A stretch of 59,245 bases of DNA, filler included. It is 4 parts of 4 records of this genome, joined end to end, with 100 filler letters (N's around TTAATTAATTAA, not from the genome) between each part and the next. Parts side by side here need not be neighbours in the genome. Positions count along the whole stretch, not along the records: positions 19,858 to 51,478 come from DRR378314_488; positions 51,579 to 59,245 come from DRR378314_490; 2 more parts are not named here. One strand, given 5' to 3'. The position numbers were made by a program, and so were the translations under genes. This document shows positions 42,770 through 52,927 of the stretch, one piece after another (the first letter of the stretch is position 1; each line of letters opens with the position of its first letter). The notes beneath the pieces were generated by a model. The model was not told where the DNA came from. It did not search any database and was given only the letters and a program-made list of their open reading frames with translations.

Positions 42770-43321
42770 TTAGTCGTCGAACTCTGATTCAATACAAGCC
42801 CGGCGCTGCCGTCTCTTCAGGCGGCGGCGCTTCCAGTGATGGGAAACATGCCAGCGCCAAATTAGCCGTATGACGATATTGGCAATCATGGCTAATAGTA
42901 AGGCAGAAATTAACGATCCAAGCATTAGCGGTGGCAGGATGTCGTGCATTTGTTCTGCAATCCAGCGCGTGGATATACGCGATGGCGCCTCTCTAACTGG
43001 TGCTTCTAACAGAAACGTGCCAATTCGATAATTAAAATAAAAAATAACCGGCATGGTAAGTGGATTGGTAATCCACACCAATCCTACTGAAAGTGCCAAG
43101 TTACAACGGCTAAATCTAGCTCCCAGTGCCGCAACTACCATTTGAAACGGTATAGGCAGCATGGCGCAAAAAAGCCCCACGCTGAATGCGTTTGCAACGC
43201 TTCGACGTGTTAAAAGCCATAACCCGGGGTCCGCAATTAACGGCGCAATAAAGCGTAGTGAGCGCTGTCGCCTTAATGTGTCGGGTTTGGGCATGTAGCG
43301 CTGCAGGAAACGGCGCGGCAT
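42770..43321 (-). CDS. DUF2062 membrane protein
   Basis: LPIPFQM and WITNPLTMP motifs; usual position between lolD and comEC. Confidence 0.85.
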   Translation of the reverse strand: MPRRFLQRYMPKPDTLRRQRSLRFIAPLIADPGLWLLTRRSVANAFSVGLFCAMLPIPFQMVVAALGARFSRCNLALSVGLVWITNPLTMPVIFYFNYRIGTFLLEAPVREAPSRISTRWIAEQMHDILPPLMLGSLISALLLAMIANIVIRLIWRWHVSHHWKRRRLKRRQRRACIESEFDD

Positions 43322-43417
43322 GTCAGGTACTCTTTCAATTGGTACATCCTATTATCCATATAGCAGCGTGCTTCGGCTATGGCGTGGGTATGAATGACCC
43401 AGTTCCAAGGAGGGGAT

Positions 43418-45685
43418 ATGCAACTAGGCGCTGCACTACCGGCTGCCTTGGCAGTATTGATGGGGGCGCTAGTGGCGTGGATCAGCGGCCCCGAGGCGCA
43501 CCTGCAGGTTTTGTTGCCAGGTGTGCTTGTGGTGCTGCTTTGCTTGGTTGTATATCGGCGTAGCCTATTAATTTGGCTGGTTATTTCAAGCTGGGTTTTT
43601 ATCAGCGTGCAGCAGGAGTGGGGGCACCGTTTGCCACCTGGGCTCAGTGGAGAGGATGTCACTCTGGAGGCCCGAGTAATCAATGTTCAAACGCAAGCGG
43701 AGTCGTCACGAGTGCGCTTGGCAGTGGAATCTTGCCGCTCTCCTGAGGGACTGCCAAGTTGTAGCGCACTGCGTAGCGTGCGAGTAAGTGCCTATGGCAA
43801 CCAGCGTTACCTCGCTGGTGAGCGCTGGCGGATGACGCTGCGGCTCCGCCCGCCCAGTGGCTTTTCTAACCCAAATACGTTTGATTACCAGCAATGGTTA
43901 TGGCGTGAAGGCATACATGCGACGGGCTATGTGCGCCAGGAGCCTACGCCCGAACGCCTGTCGGGGGCTGCGCCGACACTTCGTCAGCGAGCAATGGCGA
44001 CGCTGGCTAGCCAGCCGTTGCAAGAGCGAACCCGGCGCTGGCTTGCGGCGCTGACGCTGGGAGATAGTGAGCAGTTGACTCAAGATGATTGGACCTTGCT
44101 CAATGCAACGGGTACGACGCATTTAGTGGTCATTTCTGGGTTGCATGTTGGGCTGGTCGCTTCATTTGTGCTGTTGTTGGCACGTTTTACTGCCAGGCTG
44201 ATAACGCCCACCAATTGGCGCCTGCGTGCTTGGCCCTGGTGGTTAGCAGGGGTGGCGGCTGTGGGTTACGCCATGTTAGCCGGACTAGCACCTCCTGCCA
44301 TGCGAGCCATGATCATGACGCTGTTAGGCTTGTGGGTGCTTAGCGGACGTCATGCGCCAGGAGCTTGGCAAGCTTGGTGGCTTGCGCTCGGGATAGTGTT
44401 AGTGGTTGATCCGCTTGCACTGTGGAGGCCTGGTCTGTGGCTATCGTTTATTGCGGTAGGCTGGTTGATTATTATTTGGCAAGGCCGCCCCCGCCCACAG
44501 GGTCTAAAAGGGTGGTGCTGGGCGCTACTGCGTTCTCAACTACTCATTGCACCGCTGATGGCGGCTGCAGTGCTATTGGCTTTTGGAAGAGTAGCCCCTG
44601 CGGCCCCGCTGATTAATCTTGTTGCGGTCCCTTGGGTAAGCTCCGTTATGGTGCCTAGTGCGCTATTGGGGTGGGTGCTGTCGCCACTGCCTGGAATAGG
44701 GCTTTTTGTGTGGTGGTGTTTTGAGCAGGCACTGCAGGTTTTTCATCAGTTACTCGTCATTGCCGTGCAGTGGGCACCGCTTTTGCAGCCACCGTCAATA
44801 CTGGTGTTTCCGCTAGTAGGTGCACTGTTATTGATGTCGCTGTGTTGGGGGCTTCCCAATGTCCCAGGATGGTTGCGTGTTAGTGCGACATTATTGCTAT
44901 TAAGCTTTCCATGGTGGTCTGCGGATGAACAGTTTAACCAAGGTGAGCTGCGTGTCATTGTTTATGATGTCGGGCAAGGCCAACTGATTGAATTACGTAG
45001 CGCCAACTACCGATTGTTGTACGACACGGGGCCTCGCTTTCGCAGTGGTTTTATGCCGCTGCAAACCCTTTGGCCCCCAGGCCAATCGTTCGACCACGTC
45101 ATTGTCAGCCATGCTGATACCGATCATGCGGGAGGGATTAGTGCGCTTTTAAAAGACCATCAAGTAACGCAATGGTGGGTTCCCAGTGGAGAGCTTCTGC
45201 CTGTTGCGAGTACAGAGTGTGTTCAAGGGCAGCAGTGGCGACGTGATGGCATTGACTACCAGATACTATGGCCCCCAAAAGGGGAGAACGTGCTCTCCTC
45301 AAATGATCGCTCCTGTGTACTTCAAATAAGCGCGGGTGGGCAGCGTTTGTTGATTACCGGTGACGTTGGTAAGGACGTTGAAAGGAGAATCTTAGCGAAT
45401 GTTATTACGCCGATTGGCGTGTTAGTGGCTGGGCATCATGGGAGTAATACAAGTTCGGGTGTTCAGTTCGTTCAAGTAAGTCGTCCTCAGCATGTCATTT
45501 TTAGTGCCGGGAAAGATAATCCCTTTGACCATCCGGTCGACGCGGTGGTGCGCCGCTTTCGACAACAACAGAGCTGCTTATGGAGTACCGCCCAGGATGG
45601 TGCGCTCGAATTCAGGCTCACAGCGACTCAGCCAATTCAGATCATTCCCATGCGAAAGCAGCAGGGCGTTCGTAAGCGGTGTTGA
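43418..45685 (+). CDS. comEC: DNA uptake channel ComEC/Rec2
   Basis: HLVVISGLHVG competence motif; metallo-beta-lactamase domain DVGQG, SHADTDH, GHHGS. Confidence 0.93.
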   Translation: MQLGAALPAALAVLMGALVAWISGPEAHLQVLLPGVLVVLLCLVVYRRSLLIWLVISSWVFISVQQEWGHRLPPGLSGEDVTLEARVINVQTQAESSRVRLAVESCRSPEGLPSCSALRSVRVSAYGNQRYLAGERWRMTLRLRPPSGFSNPNTFDYQQWLWREGIHATGYVRQEPTPERLSGAAPTLRQRAMATLASQPLQERTRRWLAALTLGDSEQLTQDDWTLLNATGTTHLVVISGLHVGLVASFVLLLARFTARLITPTNWRLRAWPWWLAGVAAVGYAMLAGLAPPAMRAMIMTLLGLWVLSGRHAPGAWQAWWLALGIVLVVDPLALWRPGLWLSFIAVGWLIIIWQGRPRPQGLKGWCWALLRSQLLIAPLMAAAVLLAFGRVAPAAPLINLVAVPWVSSVMVPSALLGWVLSPLPGIGLFVWWCFEQALQVFHQLLVIAVQWAPLLQPPSILVFPLVGALLLMSLCWGLPNVPGWLRVSATLLLLSFPWWSADEQFNQGELRVIVYDVGQGQLIELRSANYRLLYDTGPRFRSGFMPLQTLWPPGQSFDHVIVSHADTDHAGGISALLKDHQVTQWWVPSGELLPVASTECVQGQQWRRDGIDYQILWPPKGENVLSSNDRSCVLQISAGGQRLLITGDVGKDVERRILANVITPIGVLVAGHHGSNTSSGVQFVQVSRPQHVIFSAGKDNPFDHPVDAVVRRFRQQQSCLWSTAQDGALEFRLTATQPIQIIPMRKQQGVRKRC

Positions 45686-45741
45686 TGCGCGTCGCCATAA
45701 GGTAGAATTCTCGCAACTGCACACTATGGCCGGGAGCGCGT

Positions 45742-47478
45742 GTGACTGATTCAGGTTGGGTTCTCTACAAACGATTATTAACTTACGTCAAACCTCACTG
45801 GCGCGCATTCGCGTTAGCGATCGTTGGTTTTATCATTTACGCCGCCTCCAGTACGGCACTAGCTGAAATGATGAAACAACTGATTGATGGCATTCAAAAC
45901 CCTGATGCTGCCTTCCGTTTACTGCTTCCTCTGTTTGTGGTGATCATGTTCGCTTCGCGTGGGCTGGGGACATTTTTAAGCACTTACTTTATGTCTTATG
46001 TCGGACGTTATGTGATTCACACGCTGCGCTGCGATGTATTTGCGCACTTGCTGCATTTGCCTGGGCGTTTTTTCGACCACCATTCCAGTGGCCATTTGGT
46101 ATCTCGAGTAACGTATCACGTTGAGCAGGTCGCGGGTGCTGCCACGAAAGCGGTCACTATTATTCTGCGTGAAGGTCTGTTCGTTATCGGGCTGGTCGGT
46201 TATCTGTTCTGGACCAATTGGATGCTAACGCTGCTATTTCTGGGCGTAACGCCGGTGATTGCTGTTGTGGTGAGCTATGCCAGCAAACGTTTTAGGCGTA
46301 TCTCCAAGCGTATTCAGCACTCCATGGGAGACGTTACTCATGTCGCTTCTGAAGCGCTCTCCGGCTATCGCGTCGTGCGCACGCATGGTGCTGAAGAGTA
46401 TGAAAAACAACGTTTTGAACGGGTAAGCGAAGAAAATCGCCGTCAGAGTATGAAAGAGGCGATGACGCGTGCTGTGAGTTCACCAGTGATCTTGATGCTG
46501 GTAGCGATTTCCATGGCTATTCTGGTTTGGCTTGCCATGGCGCCTGCGCTTATGGAAAACATGACGCCGGGGGAGTTTGTTGCCTTTATTACCGCAGCAG
46601 CGCTAATGATCAAGCCGGTGCGCCAGCTCACAGAAGTGAATAGTGAGATTCAAAAAGGCATTGCGGCGGCTTCGGAGCTATTTGGCTTGCTTGATTTGAC
46701 CCCTGAGCAGGATGAAGGGAAGACAATTCCCCGTCAGCTTACAGGCAGCGTGGTGATTGATAATGTCAGTTTCCGCTACGCTGATGACCAGCCTAATGTA
46801 TTGCACGATATTAATATTAGTGTTGCCCCTGGTGAGCTAGTGGCGATTGTTGGGCGCTCTGGTAGCGGTAAATCAACATTGGTCAGCCTGCTGCCGCGTT
46901 TTTATCGTCCTAGTGAAGGGCGCATTGTGATTGATGGGGTAAATGCCGATGATTATGCGTTGGGCCCTTTGCGTCAGCAAATTGCATTAGTATCGCAACA
47001 AGTCACGCTGTTTAATGCAACCATTGCTGACAACATTGGCTATGGCGTTACCAACCCAGACCCAGCCGCCATTGAAGCGGCCGCTCAGGCGGCGTACGCC
47101 AGTGAGTTTATTGAAAAACTGCCTCAGGGCTATGCCACGGTAGTGGGTGAAAACGGTGTGATGTTATCCGGAGGGCAGCGCCAGCGCTTAGCAATCGCTC
47201 GGGCGATTTTTAAAGATGCACCTATTCTTATCTTGGACGAAGCGACATCGGCACTGGATACCGAATCTGAGCGCTATATCCAGAAAGCGCTGGAGCATGT
47301 GTGTGAAGGGCGTACCACATTGGTCATTGCCCACCGTCTATCCACCATTGAACGGGCTGACCGTATTTTGGTGATGGATCAAGGGCGCATTATTGAGCAG
47401 GGTACCCACCAAGCGTTGCTAGAAGCGGGAGGTGCCTATGCGGCGCTGCATCAGCTTCAGTTTCAGGAGAGTGAATGA
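45742..47478 (+). CDS. msbA: Lipid A flippase
   Basis: TMD plus ABC domain (GRSGSGKS, LSGGQRQR, LDEATSALD); adjacent to lpxK. Confidence 0.95.
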   Translation: MTDSGWVLYKRLLTYVKPHWRAFALAIVGFIIYAASSTALAEMMKQLIDGIQNPDAAFRLLLPLFVVIMFASRGLGTFLSTYFMSYVGRYVIHTLRCDVFAHLLHLPGRFFDHHSSGHLVSRVTYHVEQVAGAATKAVTIILREGLFVIGLVGYLFWTNWMLTLLFLGVTPVIAVVVSYASKRFRRISKRIQHSMGDVTHVASEALSGYRVVRTHGAEEYEKQRFERVSEENRRQSMKEAMTRAVSSPVILMLVAISMAILVWLAMAPALMENMTPGEFVAFITAAALMIKPVRQLTEVNSEIQKGIAAASELFGLLDLTPEQDEGKTIPRQLTGSVVIDNVSFRYADDQPNVLHDINISVAPGELVAIVGRSGSGKSTLVSLLPRFYRPSEGRIVIDGVNADDYALGPLRQQIALVSQQVTLFNATIADNIGYGVTNPDPAAIEAAAQAAYASEFIEKLPQGYATVVGENGVMLSGGQRQRLAIARAIFKDAPILILDEATSALDTESERYIQKALEHVCEGRTTLVIAHRLSTIERADRILVMDQGRIIEQGTHQALLEAGGAYAALHQLQFQESE

Positions 47479-48491
47479 GCCTGGAACAACGCTGGCTTAA
47501 GGCGGCTTACCAGGGGAGCCGATGGCTAACGCCGCTGTATCCGTTGGGTGCTTTATACCGTTATCTTATGGCGCGCCGTAGCTCTCACTATCACGCTGAT
47601 AAAAAGCTAGCTGTTAAAGCATCCGTACCCGTTATCGTGGTGGGTAATATCACTCTTGGTGGAACCGGTAAATCGCCGTTAGTGGCATGGCTGGTCAACT
47701 GGCTGAGGAAGCAGGGGTGGTCGCCGGGTATTATTACCCGTGGTTACGGTGGTAAAGCATCGCACTATCCGTTACGGGTAACTGCAATTACTGACCCTGC
47801 GCAAAGCGGCGATGAGCCATTAATGTTGGCGCAACAAACGGGCTGCCCGGTCGTGGCTGATCCGCGCCGCGCGCGAGGTGCTCAAGCCCTGGTTGATAGT
47901 GGGTGCGACATTATTGTCAGTGATGATGGGTTACAGCATCTGGCGTTAGGGCGTGATATTGAATTGGTTGTTGTTGATGGAGCTAGGGGGCTAGGCAATG
48001 GGCGCTGCTTACCTGCTGGGCCGCTGAGAGAATCGCCCGGTAGATTAGCTCAAGTTGATGCTGTGATTATTAATGGAGAGCAGCGTCGCCCTCTGCCTAT
48101 AGAGGGAGTGGCGATGCAACTAGTGCCGCTAAGCTGGCGCCGAATGCAGGATGGTCAACGTGTGCCACTCACTCCTCTGCCATTTACGCTACCTGTGAAT
48201 GCTGTGGCGGGTATTGGCCATCCTGAGCGTTTTTTTAATACGCTGCGTAGTTTAGGGGTGGACGGCGAGATGCGTCCGCTAGCAGATCATCAGCGTTTTG
48301 ATGACCAAACTTTCCGTTTTAGTCATCAGCGCCCCGTTGTAATGACCGCCAAAGACGCAGTGAAGTGCCAAGCGTTAGCGCCACCCGATAGCTGGGTGCT
48401 AGAGGTAGAAGCCGTGCTTCCGCCAGAGTTTGAACACTGGCTGGCAGCTAAATTGTCAGCGCTTTCTGAAAAGGGATACATCGATGGATAA
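47475..48491 (+). CDS. lpxK: Tetraacyldisaccharide 4'-kinase
   Basis: VGNITLGGTGKSP, DDGLQH, LPAGPLRE. Confidence 0.96.
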   Translation: MSLEQRWLKAAYQGSRWLTPLYPLGALYRYLMARRSSHYHADKKLAVKASVPVIVVGNITLGGTGKSPLVAWLVNWLRKQGWSPGIITRGYGGKASHYPLRVTAITDPAQSGDEPLMLAQQTGCPVVADPRRARGAQALVDSGCDIIVSDDGLQHLALGRDIELVVVDGARGLGNGRCLPAGPLRESPGRLAQVDAVIINGEQRRPLPIEGVAMQLVPLSWRRMQDGQRVPLTPLPFTLPVNAVAGIGHPERFFNTLRSLGVDGEMRPLADHQRFDDQTFRFSHQRPVVMTAKDAVKCQALAPPDSWVLEVEAVLPPEFEHWLAAKLSALSEKGYIDG

Positions 48492-48693
48492 AGAACTACT
48501 GGCAATGCTGGTTTGCCCGCTTTGCAATGGCAAGCTCAAGTATAATCGTGAAGCCCAGGAGCTTTGCTGCCACTACGACGGTTTGGCGTATCCTATTCAA
48601 GCAGGCATCCCTGTGATGCTTCCTGAAGAGGCGCGCGCGATGGATGCCGATGAAAAGTTACCTATCTCGCCTGGTCGTACCGGAGAGGTGTAA
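48484..48693 (+). CDS. ycaR: Trm112-family protein (YcaR)
   Basis: [18 protein letters not shown]...[12 protein letters not shown]; conserved lpxK-ycaR-kdsB order. Confidence 0.9.
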   Translation: MDKELLAMLVCPLCNGKLKYNREAQELCCHYDGLAYPIQAGIPVMLPEEARAMDADEKLPISPGRTGEV

Positions 48694-49484
48694 TGTCAGT
48701 CGCTAAGACCGAATTTATTGCCGTTGTTCCCGCGCGTTTTGGCTCGTCCCGCTTGCCGGGTAAGCCACTGCTGGATATCGCGGGTGAGCCTATGGTTGCC
48801 CATGTCTGGCGAAGAGCCTGTCAAAGCCAAGCAAGTCGTGTCGTGGTAGCAACTGACGATCCTCGTATACGTGATGCGATGTTGCCCTACGGTGCGGATG
48901 TCGTTATGACACGCGCGGATCATCCTTCTGGTACCGACCGACTGGCCGAAGTGGCAGAGCAGCTCGGGCTAAGCGACGACACTTTAGTGGTGAATGTGCA
49001 AGGCGATGAGCCGCTTATCCCACCGGCCTTAATTGACCAAGTGGCGATGCGTTTAGCCGAAGATCGAGAAGCGGCCATTGCGACGCTTGCTGAGCCTATT
49101 ACTGATGTTGAAACGTTATTTAACGCTAACGTCGTCAAAGTTGTTCGCTCCTTGCAGGGGCGTGCTCTGTACTTTTCTCGTGCTCCCATTCCTTGGGATC
49201 GAGAGCAATTTAAAGTCCAGCCCGCGCTTTTAGCCACCGATGCGTGGTTGCGTCATATTGGTATATACGCCTACCGTGCCAGTTTTCTTGCCGCTTATCG
49301 TGAGCTGGCGCCGTCGAGCCTTGAGCAGTTGGAGCAGCTAGAACAGCTGCGTGCGTTACAGCATGGCTATGCCATTCAAGTTGCGCTAGCCAGCACTATC
49401 AATCCTCCTGGTGTGGATACGCCGGAAGACTTAGCCAGGGTGAGAGCGCTTCTGGCGAGTGAAAGTGAAGGTGGAAGCGAATGA
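48693..49484 (+). CDS. kdsB: CMP-KDO synthetase
   Basis: [35 protein letters not shown]. Confidence 0.96.
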   Translation: MSVAKTEFIAVVPARFGSSRLPGKPLLDIAGEPMVAHVWRRACQSQASRVVVATDDPRIRDAMLPYGADVVMTRADHPSGTDRLAEVAEQLGLSDDTLVVNVQGDEPLIPPALIDQVAMRLAEDREAAIATLAEPITDVETLFNANVVKVVRSLQGRALYFSRAPIPWDREQFKVQPALLATDAWLRHIGIYAYRASFLAAYRELAPSSLEQLEQLEQLRALQHGYAIQVALASTINPPGVDTPEDLARVRALLASESEGGSE

Positions 49485-49966
49485 AGCGCGTCCTATTTGT
49501 CTGTTTGGGCAATATTTGTCGCTCGCCAACGGCCGAAGGCGTCTTTTGGCACGCTGTTGAAGAGGCTGGCTTAAGTCGTCATATCAGCGTTGACTCTTGC
49601 GGTGTAGGTAGCTGGCATGTCGGAAAAGCGCCAGACAGCCGTGCCCAGGTAGCTGCTTTACAGCGTGGTATCGATATTAGTCATTTGCGCGCTCGCCAGC
49701 TAAGCGCCAGTGACTTTCTTGAATTCGACTATGTGCTAGGCATGGATCGCGACAACCTCAAGGCAATGCGAGCGCTACAGCCGAGTACCAGTCGTGCCCA
49801 TGTGGGGCTCTTGCTAGACTTTGCCGATATGCCTGATGCTGAAGTGCCCGACCCTTATTACGGTGGTGATGAGGGCTTTGAACATGTCCTGAATTTAATT
49901 GAGGCGGCTTCTATAGGGCTAATTGCCCAGCTGAGAAATGACGGGCTGAGAAATGACAGGTTGTGA
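49481..49966 (+). CDS. Low-molecular-weight protein-tyrosine phosphatase
   Basis: [10 protein letters not shown]-loop, VPDPYYG. Confidence 0.94.
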   Translation: MKRVLFVCLGNICRSPTAEGVFWHAVEEAGLSRHISVDSCGVGSWHVGKAPDSRAQVAALQRGIDISHLRARQLSASDFLEFDYVLGMDRDNLKAMRALQPSTSRAHVGLLLDFADMPDAEVPDPYYGGDEGFEHVLNLIEAASIGLIAQLRNDGLRNDRL

Positions 49967-49989
49967 AATCACGAGTTGTGAAAGAACTG
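49930..49989 (+). repeat. Degenerate 15-bp tandem repeat (4 units) at the phosphatase/murB overlap
   Basis: GCTGAGAAATGACGG / GCTGAGAAATGACAG / GTTGTGAAATCACGA / GTTGTGAAAGAACTG. Confidence 0.7.
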
Positions 49990-51008
49990 ATAATGATTTG
50001 CTTAGTCGTTGCCAGTCAGTCGATTTAACCTCTGCGAACACGCTGCGTTTACCCTGTCAGGCGGAGCGGTATGTTGCCCCTAAAACGCTAAGTGCACTCC
50101 AGCATGTGGTGCGTGAATCCGTTGCTAAGCAGTGGCACATTACGCTCTTGGGAGGTGGCAGTAATGTGCTGCTTCCCGCTAAGCTGAAAGGCATTGCGAT
50201 TCGGCCTGCTATGCAGCAGTGGTGGCTAGAGAGTTGCGGAGAGTCTGTTGTTGCTCATGTGGGAGCAGGCGTTAATTGGCATTCGTTAGTAATGACGCTA
50301 TCGGCTCGCGGCCTGTGGGGCATTGAAAACTTAGCGCTGATTCCCGGTGATTGCGGCGCAGCACCGGTACAGAACATTGGTGCATACGGTGTCGAGCTTA
50401 AAGACGTTCTGGTAGGGGTGCAGGTAGTAGAGTTGGCGTCGGGTAATGTGCGTTGGTTAAGCGCCGATGCTTGCCAATTTGGTTACCGAGATAGCATCTT
50501 CAAAAAATCGCTAGCGGATAAAGTCGTCATTACTCAGTTGGCGCTTCGGCTATCAAAAACGCCGCTACCAAGACTGGGTTATGGAGATTTAGCTGCCCGA
50601 GTAGCCGCTTCGGCGAATTGCTTGGCGGTGGCTCAAGCAGTGTGTGCTATTCGTCAGGAAAAACTGCCGGATCCTCAGGTGCTCGCAAATGCGGGTAGCT
50701 TCTTTAAAAACCCGCTAGTTAACAGCGATCAGTTATCACGCTTGTTACAGGCATACCCTAGCATGCCATATTTTCCGCAGGTTAACGGTCAAAGCAAACT
50801 GGCAGCGGGGTGGTTAATTGATCAATGCGGGCTGAAAGGGATTCGGCAAGGGGCTTTCGGTGTTCACGCGCGGCAGGCCTTGGTGCTTGTGCATTTTGGC
50901 GGTGGCGATCGGTGTGAGCTACTGCAGTTTGCAGAGCATATTGCCCACCAGGTCTATGATCAATTTGGTGTTGAGTTAGAGCCTGAGCCACGCTTGGTAC
51001 AAGCATAA
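49953..51008 (+). CDS. murB: UDP-N-acetylenolpyruvoylglucosamine reductase
   Basis: LGGGSN, PVQNIGAYG, FGYRDS, NAGSFFKNP, LEPEP; start codon uncertain. Confidence 0.95.
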   Translation: MTGCEITSCERTDNDLLSRCQSVDLTSANTLRLPCQAERYVAPKTLSALQHVVRESVAKQWHITLLGGGSNVLLPAKLKGIAIRPAMQQWWLESCGESVVAHVGAGVNWHSLVMTLSARGLWGIENLALIPGDCGAAPVQNIGAYGVELKDVLVGVQVVELASGNVRWLSADACQFGYRDSIFKKSLADKVVITQLALRLSKTPLPRLGYGDLAARVAASANCLAVAQAVCAIRQEKLPDPQVLANAGSFFKNPLVNSDQLSRLLQAYPSMPYFPQVNGQSKLAAGWLIDQCGLKGIRQGAFGVHARQALVLVHFGGGDRCELLQFAEHIAHQVYDQFGVELEPEPRLVQA

Positions 51009-51032
51009 AAAACCCCGCTTAGCGGGGTTTTT
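51007..51032. terminator. Bidirectional intrinsic terminator
   Basis: AAAAAACCCCGCT-t-AGCGGGGTTTTT between murB and rne. Confidence 0.88.
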
Positions 51033-51056
51033 AGTGCTAGTGTCGAGTGCTAGCGA

Positions 51057-51478
51057 TCACTCATTAGTCGTGTTCTGTGCTTGTTTACGCAGTTCACGAG
51101 GATCGTTATGAGCGCGACGGCGGCGGCGTGGCTTAGGTGCCTCGTCTTGGGTAGAAGTAGCAGGCGCTTGCTTTGCTTCTTCAGGTGCCACTGTTTCGAC
51201 GGGGGCCTCTGGTGAAGGCGTTTGAACCTCTTCATTAGTCGCCAATGTAGGCTGCTCTGTGCTTTCTTGAGCAGCAGCGCTGTCATTCGCGGTTTCTGAA
51301 GCAGCGCTCGTGTCTGAAACAGTTGTATTGCTCACTGCGTCGCTGTCTAAAGAAGATGCTTCCGGCTGCTCAGTGCTCTCCGGAGAGCTTGCTTCAATGC
51401 TAGCTGCTACGCTTTGCGACGGTGTCTGAGTGTTAGCGTCACTGTCGACAGTCTCAGCAGTCTCAGCAGTCTCAGCAG
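51057..51478 (-). CDS. rne: Ribonuclease E, C-terminal disordered tail (5' truncated by contig end)
   Basis: Frame open to the contig edge; acidic A/E/T/S-rich region ending RRRRRAHNDPRELRK; convergent with murB as in related gammaproteobacteria. Confidence 0.78.
51449..51478. repeat. 9-bp tandem repeat (CAGTCTCAG)x3.3, encoding (AET)n
   Basis: Runs into the contig end. Confidence 0.85.
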
Positions 51479-51578
51479 NNNNNNNNNNNNNNNNNNNNNN
51501 NNNNNNNNNNNNNNNNNNNNNNTTAATTAATTAANNNNNNNNNNNNNNNNNNNNNNNNNNNNNNNNNNNNNNNNNNNN
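51479..51578. other. Artificial contig spacer
   Basis: 44 N + TTAATTAATTAA + 44 N. Confidence 0.99.
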
Positions 51579-51660
51579 CACTAGGTTACAATCCTCGCGC
51601 CGCGATTAAACCGCCCATAGCTGAACACATTTTAATCCGAAATGATAAACAGACCCTAAT
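51579..51660. mobile_element. Partial interspersed repeat / MITE-like element (copy 2)
   Basis: Ends in TTTAATCCGAAATGATAAACAGACCCTAAT, shared with 11098-11127; non-coding; at a contig break. Confidence 0.6.
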
Positions 51661-51754
51661 ACAATGATGACTTTAGATATTTTCTTCTTTTAATAAATAG
51701 AGTGCTTTCAATTTACCTACAAGGCACTTAAAATATTGTTTTAAAGGAGTTCGA

Positions 51755-52927
51755 ATGTACCCACCCCAGTCCAAACATACTATTAACTTGCTATTAATCC
51801 TTGCGCTACTTGTGATTTTTTGCCCTTTGGCAATTGATATTTATCTACCCGCATTCCCTACAATTGCACAACAGTTTCAAGTTGGTGAAAAACAAGTTCA
51901 GCAAACCGTGGCTATTTTCATGCTAACGGTAGGACTTGGGCAGTTAATCGCTGGCCCACTAGCAGATAAATTTGGCCGTAAACCAGTTGCGCTCGTTGGC
52001 GTAAGCCTTTATGGCATAGCTTCTTTAGGCGCTTACTTTGCCCCAAACTTCAATACCATGTTAGTAGCACGTGCCGTACAAGGGTTTGGAGCATGTGCAA
52101 CTTTTGTAGTGGCCTTTGCAATTGTCAGAGATAGGTTTGGCAGCGAGCGAAGCGGCCAAATGATCACTTATTTAAATGGTATTGTGTGTTTTATCCCAGC
52201 ATTAGCACCTATTTTGGGTGCTTGGCTTACAGTTCAGTTTGGCTGGCGCATGAATTTTCTATTTTTAGCTGGCTTTGCGTTTCTAGGTCTTATTGTTACC
52301 TTACTTATGTTTAAGGAAACCCGCCCTGCTGATAGTGTTTACGATGGCCATATCCTCGACTTAAGGCGCTTTATTCCAATTATAACAACCCCTATTTTTC
52401 TTTTTAATAGCTTAATTTGCATGATAGCCATGTCTGCAATTTTGGTATTTGTAACGCTGGCACCAGGCTGGCTTATTACAGAGCTTGGCGGAAGTGTTGC
52501 TGATTTCACTTTCTGGTTCACAATCAATGCTGTACTGAGTATTTTAGCAAGCTTCACCATGCCTGTATTTATAAAGAAAAATGCAACTAAAGCGTTAAAG
52601 TGTGGTTTATTGATACTCATAGGCTCTGGCTTTTTGATGATACTGTTGAGTAATCTAAAAACGCCTTTGGCATTAATGACACCTATGTTTATTGCGGCAT
52701 TTGGCTTTGCTTTAACATTAGGCTCTGCGGCTGGAGGTGCGCTCAGCATATTCCCAAAACAAGCGGGAACTGCGTCTGCTTTAATTGGACTTATGCAAAT
52801 GAGCGGTGCAAGTTTGCTCGTATTTTTGACGCAATATCTTAATTTATCGACTCCGCAATTAATTAGTGTTCACTTTTTATTGCTGATCCCTTTTTGCTAT
52901 CTTCTTTTTAGACAGCGCACATCATAA
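51755..52927 (+). CDS. Bcr/CflA-family multidrug MFS transporter
   Basis: PLAIDIYLPAFP motif, MFS motif A GPLADKFGRKP, about 12 hydrophobic segments. Confidence 0.9.
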   Translation: MYPPQSKHTINLLLILALLVIFCPLAIDIYLPAFPTIAQQFQVGEKQVQQTVAIFMLTVGLGQLIAGPLADKFGRKPVALVGVSLYGIASLGAYFAPNFNTMLVARAVQGFGACATFVVAFAIVRDRFGSERSGQMITYLNGIVCFIPALAPILGAWLTVQFGWRMNFLFLAGFAFLGLIVTLLMFKETRPADSVYDGHILDLRRFIPIITTPIFLFNSLICMIAMSAILVFVTLAPGWLITELGGSVADFTFWFTINAVLSILASFTMPVFIKKNATKALKCGLLILIGSGFLMILLSNLKTPLALMTPMFIAAFGFALTLGSAAGGALSIFPKQAGTASALIGLMQMSGASLLVFLTQYLNLSTPQLISVHFLLLIPFCYLLFRQRTS

